Part shown: positions 25,545 through 42,592 of the stretch, piece by piece | Layout: every line of letters starts with the position of its first letter | Position numbering within the stretch: position 1 is the first letter of the stretch | From: Dehalococcoidia bacterium | GTDB taxonomy: Bacteria; Chloroflexota; Dehalococcoidia; UBA2979 | Assembly: GCA_963667465.2 (NCBI GenBank) | Contig: CAXXDN010000001.1 | Span: forward strand, 131,675-195,674 | Length of the DNA stretch: 64,000 bases | Reading direction: 5' to 3' | Translations under genes and position numbers: made by a program | Notes under the pieces: model-generated | What the model was told of the DNA's origin: nothing | Seen by the model: only the letters and a program-made list of their open reading frames with translations | Databases searched by the model: none

Positions 25545-26495
25545 TCAGCCCGGCTTGCGCCCGACGGCGCGCTGCGCGGCGGCGGCGATCGCCTGCGGCG
25601 TCAGACCGACGATCTCCAGCACTTCGTGCCAGACGCCGGACTCGCCGTAGCGGTTGTCGATGCCGACAAACTCCATCGGCACGGGCGCGCGCGTGGCGAG
25701 CGCCTGCGCGCACATCGCGCCGAGGCCGGAGTGCAGCAGGTGCTCCTCGGCGACGACGATCGCCCCGGTGGCGGCGGCCGCGCGGGTCAGCGCGTCAACG
25801 TCGAGCGGGCGGATCGTCGCCATGTTGAGCACGCGCGCCTCGATGCCCCCGGCTGCCAGCACGTCGGCCGCCTCGAGGGTGCGTTCGACCATCAGCCCAT
25901 AGGAGACGAGGGTGACGTCGCCGCCCTCGCGCAACTGGTCGGCGCGGCCCAGCTCGAAGCGCGCACCGTCCGTGTAGAGGACCGCGTGCTTCGGGCGACC
26001 GGTGCGGATGTAGAAGGGGCCGGGCGTGCGGATCGCCGCCTCGATCACCGCCTCCGCCTCGACCACGTCGGCCGGGACGACGACGTTGAAGTTGACGAGC
26101 GAGGACATCACCGCGATGTCCTCGACGGACTGCGCCGAGGCGCCGTCCTCGCCGACGGAGACGCCGCCGTGGGAGGCGATCATCTTGACGCTGAGGTTCG
26201 GCTGCGAGACGGACATGCGCAGCTGGTCGTAGGCGTGCTCGGCGAATACGGCGAACGTCGTCGCGACGGCGATGCGGCCCATCGCCGCCATCCCCGCGGC
26301 GGCCGAGATCATGTTCTGCTCCGCCACCCCGAAGCTGAAGAAGCGCTCCGGGAAGCGGTCCCCGAACAGCCGCGCCGAGGTCGATTTCCCGAGGTCGGCG
26401 TCGGCCACGACGATGTCGTGGCCTTCCTCGTGCAGCCGGATCAGCGTCGGGCCGGTCGCCTCGCGAGTCGCGGCGGGCGCTGGTGCGGTGGTCAT
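25545..26495 (-). CDS. transketolase, C-terminal (pyrimidine-binding) subunit
   Basis: 316 aa. FFSFGVAEQNMISAAAGMA...PNLSVKMIASHGGVSVGEDGASAQ is typical of the split transketolase B subunit. Confidence 0.9.
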   Translation of the reverse strand: MTTAPAPAATREATGPTLIRLHEEGHDIVVADADLGKSTSARLFGDRFPERFFSFGVAEQNMISAAAGMAAMGRIAVATTFAVFAEHAYDQLRMSVSQPNLSVKMIASHGGVSVGEDGASAQSVEDIAVMSSLVNFNVVVPADVVEAEAVIEAAIRTPGPFYIRTGRPKHAVLYTDGARFELGRADQLREGGDVTLVSYGLMVERTLEAADVLAAGGIEARVLNMATIRPLDVDALTRAAAATGAIVVAEEHLLHSGLGAMCAQALATRAPVPMEFVGIDNRYGESGVWHEVLEIVGLTPQAIAAAAQRAVGRKPG

Positions 26496-27370
26496 GGCTG
26501 CGCCTCCGGCGTCACGCCCAGCTCGGCGAGCGCCTGCTCGTACTGCTCCGGCGAGGGCGGCGCGCCGTGGAAGCCGGGGTTGTCCTCCATGAAGGAGACG
26601 CCGCGCCCCTTCACGGTGTCGAAGATCACGCAGGCGGGCTGGCCACTCACCTCGGTGGCCCAGCGCAGCGCCTCCTCGACGGCGCCGGTGTTGTGCCCGT
26701 CCACGCCGCTGCGCACGGCCCAGCCGAAGGACTCGTACTTGCGGTCGAGCGGCTCGGTCACCATCGTCGAGGCGGTGTGGCCGTCGTTCTGGATGCCGTT
26801 CTTGTCGATCAGCGCGATCAGGCCCTCGGCGGCGTGATGCGAGGCCGCCATCGCGGCCTCCCAGACCTGGCCTTCGTTCTGCTCGCCGTCACCCATCAGC
26901 ACCCAGACGCGCGTGCCGGAGCCGGCGAGTCGCGCCGAGAGCCGCATCCCGAGGCCGAACGAGAGCCCCATGCCCAGCGAGCCGGCGCTGTTCTCCACTC
27001 CCGGCGGCTTCCCGAGCACGGAGTGCCCCTGCAGCCGCGTGCCCTTCGTGCGGAAGGTGCTCAACTCCTCGACGGGGAAGTAGCCGAGCTCGGCGAGCAG
27101 CGCGTACTGCACGGGCGTGGCGTGGCCCTTGCTCATCACGAAGCGGTCGCGCTCCGGCCAGTCCGGCTGCTGCGGATCCTGGCGCATGATCCTCGTGTAG
27201 AGCACGGACATGATCTCGGCGGCGGACATCGAGCCGCCGATGTGGCCGGAGCTGGCCTCGAAGACCATGCGCACAATGTGCTGGCGGACGCGCCGGATCA
27301 GCGCATCGAGATCAGCGTCGTCAGTGGCGAAACTGGTCCCATCGGGACCGCGCTCTGTGTCGGTGACCAT
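26492..27370 (-). CDS. transketolase, N-terminal (TPP-binding) subunit
   Basis: 292 aa. Contains SGHIGGSMSAAEIM and GDGEQNEGQVWEA. It overlaps the C-subunit gene by 4 nt. Confidence 0.9.
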   Translation of the reverse strand: MVTDTERGPDGTSFATDDADLDALIRRVRQHIVRMVFEASSGHIGGSMSAAEIMSVLYTRIMRQDPQQPDWPERDRFVMSKGHATPVQYALLAELGYFPVEELSTFRTKGTRLQGHSVLGKPPGVENSAGSLGMGLSFGLGMRLSARLAGSGTRVWVLMGDGEQNEGQVWEAAMAASHHAAEGLIALIDKNGIQNDGHTASTMVTEPLDRKYESFGWAVRSGVDGHNTGAVEEALRWATEVSGQPACVIFDTVKGRGVSFMEDNPGFHGAPPSPEQYEQALAELGVTPEAQP

Positions 27371-27487
27371 CGCGCCCCTGCGTATCGGGGAGACCCTGCG
27401 TTTGCAGGCTGTGGCGCGAGTATACGCACGCGCAATCCGCAGGCGCTACGCTGCCGCGGGCGTGATCCTCACGCGACCTTCGAGGGT

Positions 27488-27514
27488 GCTACGAGGCGCA
27501 GCCGGAGTAGCCGC
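27488..27514. repeat. 27-bp direct repeat, copy A (immediately 3' of the LLM stop codon)
   Basis: GCTACGAGGCGCAGCCGGAGTAGCCGC, matching 28750-28776 at 26 of 27 positions. Confidence 0.85.
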
Positions 27515-28693
27515 TCAGGGGCGATCGAACTCCGGGATGACCTCGCCGACGAGCCGGATGCTCTTCATGATCTTGTCGTGCGTGAGCGGGCCCACCTGGT
27601 GCAGCGTCATGAGCCGGTCGATGCCGACCTCCTCGTAGAACTTGAAGCCCTCCCGGATCTTGTCCTGGTCGCCAACGATGAGCGACTCCTGGCGGCTGAG
27701 GACCTCGAACATCTCGGCCTCGCCCACCGCTTCGCCCTCCATGATCCGCCCGATCATGATTGCGGCCTCGCTGGGATCGCTGTGCTCGCGGGCGTACTGG
27801 CCGACGAGTCCGCCTCCGGCGGGGTCGCTCGCGGCGGCCTCCATCTCGCGCGCAACCTCGATGAAGCTCTCGCGCACCTCGAAGAAGGAGAACGCCTCGT
27901 TGGTGTACCAGGCGGCGGCGCCCGCGGCGCCGTTCGCCAGGGCTTCCTCCCTGCTGTCGGCGCCGTGCACGAAGGTGAAGAAGGCGATCTGGTTGTTCTG
28001 GAACTCGCCGACCGGGTTCTCACACTCCTCCGAGGCCTTCCGGTAGATGTCGACCATCCCCTGCACTTCCTCGTGCGAGGCCCAGAGCGTGACGCCGAGC
28101 GCCCCGACGCCGTTGCGGCCCGCCTGCTCGAAGGAGGGGATGCTGCTGCAGGCCTGCCAGAGCGGCGGGTGCGGCTTCTGGTACGGCTTCGGGATGATCG
28201 AGACATCGTTGATCTCGTACTGGTCGCTCTTCCAGGAGAACGTGTCCTGCGTCCACATCTTCGGAACCATCTCGAACGTCTGCTGGAGTTGGTCGCGCGT
28301 CGAGTCTGCTTCGATGTTGAACGTGCGCCACTCCGGGACCGTGCTGCGAGCCATGCCCATCTGCAGGCGACCGTTACTGAGGTGGTCGAGGAAGGCCGCG
28401 CGCTCCGCGATGCGGATCGCGTGATTGAAGCGCGAGGGCGCCAGCACTGCGGCGTGACCGACGTCGATCTGCTGCGTGTTCTGGGCGATGGCGGTCAACA
28501 TCAGTTCGGGCGCGGAGCTGAAACTGAACTCGACGGCCGTGTGGTGCTCGACCTCCCACCAGCAGCCGTAGCCCATCTCGTCGGCGAGCTTGGCCTGCTC
28601 CAGCGTCTGCTCGAAGAGCCGATGCTCGTGCTGCCCATCGTCGCCCCAGAGCGACCTCGGGTACTGCATCTCGGAAAAGATGTCGATCTTCAT
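27515..28693 (-). CDS. LLM-class flavin-dependent oxidoreductase
   Basis: 392 aa. MKIDIFSEMQ...LADEMGYGCWWEVEHH...LDHLSNGRLQMGMARS is a luciferase-like monooxygenase signature. Confidence 0.85.
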   Translation of the reverse strand: MKIDIFSEMQYPRSLWGDDGQHEHRLFEQTLEQAKLADEMGYGCWWEVEHHTAVEFSFSSAPELMLTAIAQNTQQIDVGHAAVLAPSRFNHAIRIAERAAFLDHLSNGRLQMGMARSTVPEWRTFNIEADSTRDQLQQTFEMVPKMWTQDTFSWKSDQYEINDVSIIPKPYQKPHPPLWQACSSIPSFEQAGRNGVGALGVTLWASHEEVQGMVDIYRKASEECENPVGEFQNNQIAFFTFVHGADSREEALANGAAGAAAWYTNEAFSFFEVRESFIEVAREMEAAASDPAGGGLVGQYAREHSDPSEAAIMIGRIMEGEAVGEAEMFEVLSRQESLIVGDQDKIREGFKFYEEVGIDRLMTLHQVGPLTHDKIMKSIRLVGEVIPEFDRP

Positions 28694-28749
28694 CGCGTCG
28701 CCTCCCGACTATGGGCACGGGCACCTGGCGCCCTCGCCGGAGAGGCTAC

Positions 28750-28776
28750 GCTACGAGGCGCAACCGGAGTAGCCGC
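28750..28776. repeat. 27-bp direct repeat, copy B (encodes the C-terminus and stop of the Cys-rich mini-ORF)
   Basis: GCTACGAGGCGCAACCGGAGTAGCCGC. The reverse complement encodes ...GYSGCAS-stop. Confidence 0.85.
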
Positions 28777-28957
28777 AGACGGGACAAAGCGAGCAGCCCT
28801 CGCCAAAGGCGAGGGGGCCGGCGCAGTCCGGGCAGCGCGGCCCGAAGGCAGGCATCCGGCGCAGCCGCCGCCCCGGCGCCGGCTGGCCCGCAACCCGGGC
28901 CGCACCGCCCGCCCCCTCCGCCACCGTGCGATCGACTGGAGCAAGTGTGGTGACCAT
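28751..28957 (-). CDS. hypothetical Cys-rich zinc-ribbon mini-protein, 68 aa
   Basis: Translation is MVTTLAPVDRTVAEGAGG...RCPDCAGPLAFGEGCSLCPVCGYSGCAS. The ATG at 28957 lies 6 nt after GAGGT. The gene sits 57 nt upstream of the LLM gene on the same strand. Confidence 0.55.
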   Translation of the reverse strand: MVTTLAPVDRTVAEGAGGAARVAGQPAPGRRLRRMPAFGPRCPDCAGPLAFGEGCSLCPVCGYSGCAS

Positions 28958-29077
28958 CGCGATACCTCGTAGCGAACATGCGTTCCTGAGCAAGTATCCC
29001 AAGAACACGCGTGCTAGTCAAGCCAACGCATCCCCCTCGCGCGGGTGCTTGGCGCCACGCTCGGCTAGGATTCGGGC

Positions 29078-29257
29078 ATGGCCCGCTACCTCTTCTTTGC
29101 CCTGATCGCGAGCGGACTCGCGATCGCCTGGCTGGCGCTCATGCAGCCGAGGCGACTGCGTAGCCTCGGGAAGCACGCGCGCACGCTCGGCTACGCCTAC
29201 GTCGCCGCGATCCTGATCGGTTCGGCGCTGCGGTTGCTCTTCGGCTGGGGCACCTGA
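29078..29257 (+). CDS. hypothetical small membrane protein, 59 aa (below the ORF-track cutoff)
   Basis: Hand translation: MARYLFFALIASGLAIAWLALMQPRRLRSLGKHARTLGYAYVAAILIGSALRLLFGWGT. It has two hydrophobic helices and ends 4 nt before the glycerate kinase start. Confidence 0.45.
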   Translation: MARYLFFALIASGLAIAWLALMQPRRLRSLGKHARTLGYAYVAAILIGSALRLLFGWGT

Positions 29258-29261
29258 GCGC

Positions 29262-30401
29262 GTGCGGCTCCTCGTCTGCCCGCAAGAGTTCAAGGGCTCC
29301 CTGACCGCGCCCGAGGCCGCCGCCGCGATCGCCGCGGGCGCTCGCCGCGCACCGGGCGTCACGGACGTCCGCACGCTCCCCCTCGCCGACGGCGGCCCCG
29401 GCACTGCGGCGATCGTCGCCGCGGCGACCGGAGGCGAGCTCGTAACCGCCGAGGTGACCGGCCCCCTCGGCGACCGCATTGGGGCGCGCTACGCACTGCT
29501 GCCGGACATCGCCGGCGGCCCGCCCACCGCGCTGATCGAGTCGGCCGCGGCCGCCGGGCTCGTACTCGTCCCGCCGGACCTGCGCGACCCCGGCCACGCG
29601 ACCAGCTACGGCGTCGGCGAGCTGATCCGCGACGCCGTCGACCGCGGCGCGCGCTCGCTCATCGTCGGCGTCGGCGGCACCGCCACCAACGACGGCGGGG
29701 CGGGCGCCGCCCAGGCGCTCGGCTACCGCCTGCTCGACCGCAATCGAGGTCCGCTGCCCGAGCCGGCGGGCGGCATCCACCTGCTCAACGTCTTCGTGCT
29801 CGACAGCTCCGGGGTCGACCGGCGCCTCGCGGACGTCGATCTGCGCGTCGCCGTCGATGTCACGAACCCGCTGCTCGGCGAGGAAGGCGCAACGTACGTC
29901 TACGGCCCGCAGAAGGGCGTCGCCGGCGAGCTGGGCGAGATGCTCGAGGACGCGCTCGGGCGCTGGGCGCGCACCGTGCGCCACGACCTCGGCGTCGAAC
30001 TGACGGACCTGCCCGGCGGCGGCGCGGGTGGCGGCCTCGCCGCCGGCCTGATCGGCGCGGTCGGCGGCGGGATCGAGTCCGGCGCGGCGCTCGTCGCAGA
30101 CGCGGTCGGCCTCGACGCGGCGATCGAGGCCGCCGATTTCGTCGTCACCGGCGAGGGCTCGCTCGACGCGCAGACAACCTTCGGCAAGACCGTCGCACAC
30201 GTGATCGAGCGCTGCGCCTCCCTCGGACGGCCCTGCCTCGCCGTCGCGGGCGCGGCGAGCGGCAGTCCCGAGGGCGTCGCCGACCTCGAGGTGCTCGCGG
30301 GCGGGGGCGTCACGGAGGCGGAGGCGCTGGCCCGCGCGGCGGACCTGGCCGCGGACGCGGCCGAGCGGCTGCTGCGCCGCGTCGCCGCGGGCCGAGACTA
30401 G
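29262..30401 (+). CDS. glycerate kinase
   Basis: 379 aa. MRLLVCPQEFKGSLTAPEAAAAI...LPLADGGPGT...IVGVGGTATNDGGAG...VVTGEGSLDAQT is the glycerate kinase family signature. Confidence 0.9.
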   Translation: MRLLVCPQEFKGSLTAPEAAAAIAAGARRAPGVTDVRTLPLADGGPGTAAIVAAATGGELVTAEVTGPLGDRIGARYALLPDIAGGPPTALIESAAAAGLVLVPPDLRDPGHATSYGVGELIRDAVDRGARSLIVGVGGTATNDGGAGAAQALGYRLLDRNRGPLPEPAGGIHLLNVFVLDSSGVDRRLADVDLRVAVDVTNPLLGEEGATYVYGPQKGVAGELGEMLEDALGRWARTVRHDLGVELTDLPGGGAGGGLAAGLIGAVGGGIESGAALVADAVGLDAAIEAADFVVTGEGSLDAQTTFGKTVAHVIERCASLGRPCLAVAGAASGSPEGVADLEVLAGGGVTEAEALARAADLAADAAERLLRRVAAGRD

Positions 30402-30760
30402 TCGAGGCCGAGCCGCTCCATCTCGCGCTCCTCGAACCCGAAGTGGTGCGCCAATTCGTGCAGCACGGTGCGCTGCACCTCGTCCGGGATGTCGCGAGGG
30501 TGAAAGGCACGCTCCAGCGGGCCCTGGAAGATCAGGATCCGGTCCGGCAGCGTCATGTGGTACTCGCCGCGATCGGTCAGCGGCGTACCGACGTAGAGCC
30601 CGAACAGCGTCGAGCCGGGCTCGACCCCGGCGTCCTCGAGATCCTCGGTGCTGGGCTCGCGCTCGATCACGATCGCGACGTTGTTGAGGTAGGCGTCGAT
30701 CTCCGGCGGCAGCGCGTCGAGCGCTCGCTGGACCAGGCGGCGAAAGCGGGAACGCTCCAC
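30398..30760 (-). CDS. metallopeptidase family protein (minimal zincin, DUF1025-like)
   Basis: Contains FRRLVQRALDALPPEI...VAIVIEREP and the HExxH motif in VLHELAHHFG. The GTG at 30760 is the likely start. It shares a CTAG stop overlap with glycerate kinase. Confidence 0.75.
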   Translation of the reverse strand: MERSRFRRLVQRALDALPPEIDAYLNNVAIVIEREPSTEDLEDAGVEPGSTLFGLYVGTPLTDRGEYHMTLPDRILIFQGPLERAFHPRDIPDEVQRTVLHELAHHFGFEEREMERLGLD

Positions 30761-30858
30761 GTGGCGCAGTCTACAACGCAGCCTGCAACGGCGAGCCCGG
30801 ACGCCCCCCGCCGGCCGCGGCTCGCCTTTTCCTCCCCTGACTTGCGACAATCGAGGGG

Positions 30859-31995
30859 ATGAGAGGCTTCACGCCTGCCCCGCACATCCGTGTCGCGCTG
30901 TACGCCGCGCTGCTGGCGCTGCTCGCGCTCGCCAACGCGGGTTGCCGCGTCGAGCGCGTCGACGAGCCCAGCTTCACGGCGACGCCGATCCCCGAGGCCG
31001 GCGAACCGCGCCCGTTCCGGCTTGGCTTCTCCTCGCTGCCCTCGCGCCTCGCCGACGCCGCCTACGTCGAGGCGCTCGACCTCACGGCGCTGTACGGCGA
31101 CCTGCTGCTGATCCAGCGCAGTCCCACCTGGGCCGAGTTCCTGCCCGGCGTCGCGCCTTCCGAGGAGCTGCGCGAACTGACGCAGCGCGAGGCGCACGCC
31201 ATCGAGGAGCGCAACCTGACGCTCTTCTACGCACTCGATCCGTACGCTCCCGCGGATCGCGGCCGCCTCGCGGCGCTGCCCGACGGCTACGCGGGAGCGG
31301 GGCTGCTGAACCCCGATCTGCGCGCCGCCCTCGTCGCCGAGGCCCGCTTCGTCGCCGGCGCCTTCCAGCCCGCCTACCTCGCGTTCGGCATCGAGGTGAA
31401 CGCCACGTTCGATCGCTCGGCTGCCGAGTACGAGGCCTACCTCGGCGTCTACCGCGAGGTCTACGACGTGGTGAAGCAGCTCAGCCCCGGGACGCTGGTC
31501 TTCCCCACGTTCCAGTACGAGCAGTTGCTGGGCGTGACGCCCTGGGAGGTCGCACACCCGCCGCGCTGGGAGCGGCTGGCGGACTTCGGCGAGCGCCTGG
31601 ACGTGGTGGCGATCGCGACCTTCCCCTCGCTCGTCCATGCGGTCGCGAAGGCGATCCCGGGGGACTACTACTCGCAGCTGCGAGACCACACGGACCTGCC
31701 GATCGCCTTCGCGGCGACCGGATTCTCGTCTGGCCCCGGCCCCGGGGGAACCAACTCCTCGACGCCCGAGGAGCAGCGTCGCTACCTCCAGCGGCTGTTG
31801 GCGGACGCCGAGGCGCTGCAGTCGCCGTTCGTGGTCTGGTACGCGAGCCGCGATCCGCAGTTCGTCTCCGATCTGCCCATCGAGCTGCTCAGGAGCAGCG
31901 GCCTGCTGGACACGGCGGGACAGCCGAAGGAGGCCTGGCGCGTCTGGGCGGAGGCAGCCCGGCGCCCCCACCGCGCGCCCGCCGACGCGCCGTAG
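30859..31995 (+). CDS. hypothetical lipoprotein (possibly a TIM-barrel glycoside-hydrolase-like fold)
   Basis: It has a signal peptide with lipobox LALANAGC. Alternating beta/alpha-like segments include ...AFGIEVN...PTFQYE. The functional assignment is weak. Confidence 0.6.
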   Translation: MRGFTPAPHIRVALYAALLALLALANAGCRVERVDEPSFTATPIPEAGEPRPFRLGFSSLPSRLADAAYVEALDLTALYGDLLLIQRSPTWAEFLPGVAPSEELRELTQREAHAIEERNLTLFYALDPYAPADRGRLAALPDGYAGAGLLNPDLRAALVAEARFVAGAFQPAYLAFGIEVNATFDRSAAEYEAYLGVYREVYDVVKQLSPGTLVFPTFQYEQLLGVTPWEVAHPPRWERLADFGERLDVVAIATFPSLVHAVAKAIPGDYYSQLRDHTDLPIAFAATGFSSGPGPGGTNSSTPEEQRRYLQRLLADAEALQSPFVVWYASRDPQFVSDLPIELLRSSGLLDTAGQPKEAWRVWAEAARRPHRAPADAP

Positions 31996-32031
31996 CGCAC
32001 GATCTGCAGGCGCGGCGCGCCAAATGCAGAT

Positions 32032-32060
32032 TTGGCAAGCAATCCGCGGTGCGGTACGCT
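32032..32060 (+). promoter_or_regulatory. candidate sigma-70-type promoter for rpoBC
   Basis: TTGGCA (32032-32037), a 17-nt spacer, then TACGCT (32055-32060). It sits about 180 nt upstream of rpoB. Pattern match only. Confidence 0.3.
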
Positions 32061-32240
32061 TTCATATCTGTGCCTGGTGGGGTAAACTTGTGGCTGCGTT
32101 GGGCGCGGCAATACCACATCTACTGACCGACAGCGAACTCCGGTCACGCCGGGGGCGCACGTGTGCGGCCCCGGTATGTGCATGCGTCGCGGCCCCACCA
32201 CGCCCGATGAACCCTGGTGATTAGTCGGAGGAGTCGCTCC

Positions 32241-40407
<8,167 letters not shown>

Positions 40408-40454
40408 CGACGGCCGCGGGGTATCCCGCGGCGCAAATCGCGCTACGCGAACAG

Positions 40455-40482
40455 CGGGAGGGCTTCGGCCCTCCCGTTTCTC
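40455..40482 (+). terminator. rho-independent terminator downstream of rpoC
   Basis: CGGGAGGGC-TTCG-GCCCTCCCG followed by TTTCTC. A second hairpin GCCGCGGG-GTAT-CCCGCGGC lies at about 40412-40431. Confidence 0.7.
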
Positions 40483-40522
40483 GTCCGCAACGCCGCCTGC
40501 GACAGCTGTGGGAGCGTGCGGG

Positions 40523-41239
40523 TTACAGGTCCTTGCGGCGGAACCAGGCCATCCCGAACATCGTGGCGAGCACCGAGAGGACGCCGAAGACGACCAGCAC
40601 GCGGAGCTGCTCGGCGACGGACACCTCGCCGCGGAACGTCTCGGGCAGACCACTGACCACGCCGGTCGTGCTCATCCAGTCCAGGGCAAGGAACTGGAAC
40701 ACCGCGCCGGACGCCACGGTGGAAACCAGCACCGTCAGCACGGAGGCCAGCATGTTGCGGAAGATCGCCGACAGCGCGATCCCGAAGGCCGCGAGGAAGA
40801 CAAGCAGCGAGGCCACCGTCAGCAGCCCCCAGACGATCCCCTCGATCGTCGCGTCGTCGACCGCGAAGCGGAGCACCAGGTACACCAGCGGCACGGTCAC
40901 TGCGACGTAGACGGCCAGGAACACTCCGACGCGCGCCGTGAACTTCGACCAGATGTAGGCCCGGCGCGTCACCGACCTCGAGAGGATCGAGTCCGCGACG
41001 ACGTCTGCCTCACCGTTGACCGCGCTCGCGGAGAGCACCGCGACCACCAGCCAGGAGAGCGGCGCCAGCACGGCCGCCACGTAGGCGGCCAGCGTCTCCG
41101 AGGCGAGTTCCCGCTGGTTCGCGGCGACCACCACGAAAAAGCCCGCCGGCCCGACCAGCAACAGGATCCAGATGCGGACCAGCCAGGAGCGCGCCAGTTG
41201 CTCCATGTCGAGCCGGAGCAGATAGAGGTAGGCCTGCAT
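40523..41239 (-). CDS. ABC-2 type transporter permease
   Basis: 238 aa with about 6 TM helices. It is immediately downstream of, and overlaps, the ABC ATPase gene. Confidence 0.75.
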   Translation of the reverse strand: MQAYLYLLRLDMEQLARSWLVRIWILLLVGPAGFFVVVAANQRELASETLAAYVAAVLAPLSWLVVAVLSASAVNGEADVVADSILSRSVTRRAYIWSKFTARVGVFLAVYVAVTVPLVYLVLRFAVDDATIEGIVWGLLTVASLLVFLAAFGIALSAIFRNMLASVLTVLVSTVASGAVFQFLALDWMSTTGVVSGLPETFRGEVSVAEQLRVLVVFGVLSVLATMFGMAWFRRKDL

Positions 41240-42429
41240 CAGGCGGCCCCGCTATGAGAACCATCCCCGCGACCCGGCTCCTCGGTGCCGGGCTGCCCTG
41301 CGCCGTCCTCCGCGACCCAGTCCGGAGCTCGCAGCAGGCTGCGCGAACGGTCCTCCTCGAGGCGGCGCAGGAACGCCTCCTCCACCTCGTGGGTGCCGGT
41401 GTCGAGCCTCAGTAACTCGACGCCGCTGCGCTCCACCAGCTCGAGCAGGCGCTTCAGGTACTCGGTGACCGCACCGCCGCCGAGGAAGGTGATCCGGACC
41501 TCCGGGCCGGCGCGCTCCCAGCGCACCGAGCCGGGCTCGTCCAGCTCCGGGATCCTCCGCTCGAAGGAGGCGACATTGCCCTCGATCTCGACGGTGATCG
41601 AGTTCTGCCGCGCGAGCCGCCGCATCTCCGCCATTTGCCCGTCGTAGATCAGCCGCCCCTGCGCGATCACCCCGACGTCTGTGCAGACCCGTTCCACGTC
41701 GTTGAGGATGTGCGTGGCGATGATGATCGTGCGGTCGCGTCCCGACAGCTCGCGGATCAACTCGATCATCTGCCTGCGCCCGGGCGGGTCGAGGCCGTAG
41801 GTCGGCTCATCCAGCACCAGCAACTCGGGATCGTTCATCAGCGCCGCGGCGATGCCGAGCCGCGTCTCCATGCCGGTCGAGAAGCCCTCGATGCGCTGCG
41901 AGGCGACATCGGAGAGATCGACGGATTGCAGCAGCGTCGTCATGCGGATCTTCGCGCGCTCGGACGGCAACCCGACGATCTTGCCGACGAACTCGAGGTA
42001 GGAGATCGGCGTCATGTAACGCGGGAACACCGGGGCCGTCGGCAGGAAGCCAATCCGCCGCCGCAGCTCGGCGCTCTCGGCACGCATCGGGCGGCCCAGC
42101 ACCCTGATCTCGCCGGCGGTCGGCCGTTGCAGGCCGAGCATGAGGCGGAACACCGTCGACTTGCCGGCCCCGTTCGGGCCGACGAGGCCGTACACGGAGT
42201 TCTTGCGCACGCGCATGTTGAGCGCGTTGAGGGCGATGTAGCGGTTGTCGTAGATCTTCGTGAGGTCGTGCGCCTCGATGGCGTAGCTCGGTCCGGCCCG
42301 GCGGCCGGCCAACTCGGTCGCGATGGGCGGCGCGTCCTCGCCGGGAGCCTGGGCCCGACCGCCGTTCGCGCTCTCGCCGGCGCGGACCGCCCTGAGCGAT
42401 CGCCGCAGTGAGGATGGCGCAAGCTTCAT
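41239..42429 (-). CDS. ABC transporter ATP-binding protein
   Basis: Contains Walker A GPNGAGKST, the signature FSTGMETRL and Walker B LLVLDEPTYGLD. The ATG at 42429 gives a ~55-aa N-terminal extension. Confidence 0.9.
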   Translation of the reverse strand: MKLAPSSLRRSLRAVRAGESANGGRAQAPGEDAPPIATELAGRRAGPSYAIEAHDLTKIYDNRYIALNALNMRVRKNSVYGLVGPNGAGKSTVFRLMLGLQRPTAGEIRVLGRPMRAESAELRRRIGFLPTAPVFPRYMTPISYLEFVGKIVGLPSERAKIRMTTLLQSVDLSDVASQRIEGFSTGMETRLGIAAALMNDPELLVLDEPTYGLDPPGRRQMIELIRELSGRDRTIIIATHILNDVERVCTDVGVIAQGRLIYDGQMAEMRRLARQNSITVEIEGNVASFERRIPELDEPGSVRWERAGPEVRITFLGGGAVTEYLKRLLELVERSGVELLRLDTGTHEVEEAFLRRLEEDRSRSLLRAPDWVAEDGAGQPGTEEPGRGDGSHSGAA

Positions 42430-42592
42430 CGCACGCTCCGCACCCTCGCCACTGCCAACGTGCGCCGTCGTATGCCGCGACACCCCCGCGGCGAGGCGTC
42501 GCGGGATCTTACCACTCGGAGACACGGCCACGGCAGCGGCGGGCGCCGGGGTTGGCCCGGCACGGCTGAATGTGGTTCCCTACACTGCCACG

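Noticed and set aside
27489-27600. Second precursor-like peptide ending in GYSGCAS, encoded by repeat copy A downstream of the LLM gene.
   Set aside because: The frame upstream of the repeat runs through the LLM 3' coding region. It reads as Arg/His-rich nonsense with no start codon or SD. Only the 27-bp repeat itself is shared.
32002-32031. Hairpin ATCTGCA...TGCAGAT after the lipoprotein gene, considered as a rho-independent terminator.
   Set aside because: The 7-bp stem encloses a 16-nt GC-rich loop and is followed by only TTT. It also overlaps the candidate rpoB -35 region. It is too weak to call.
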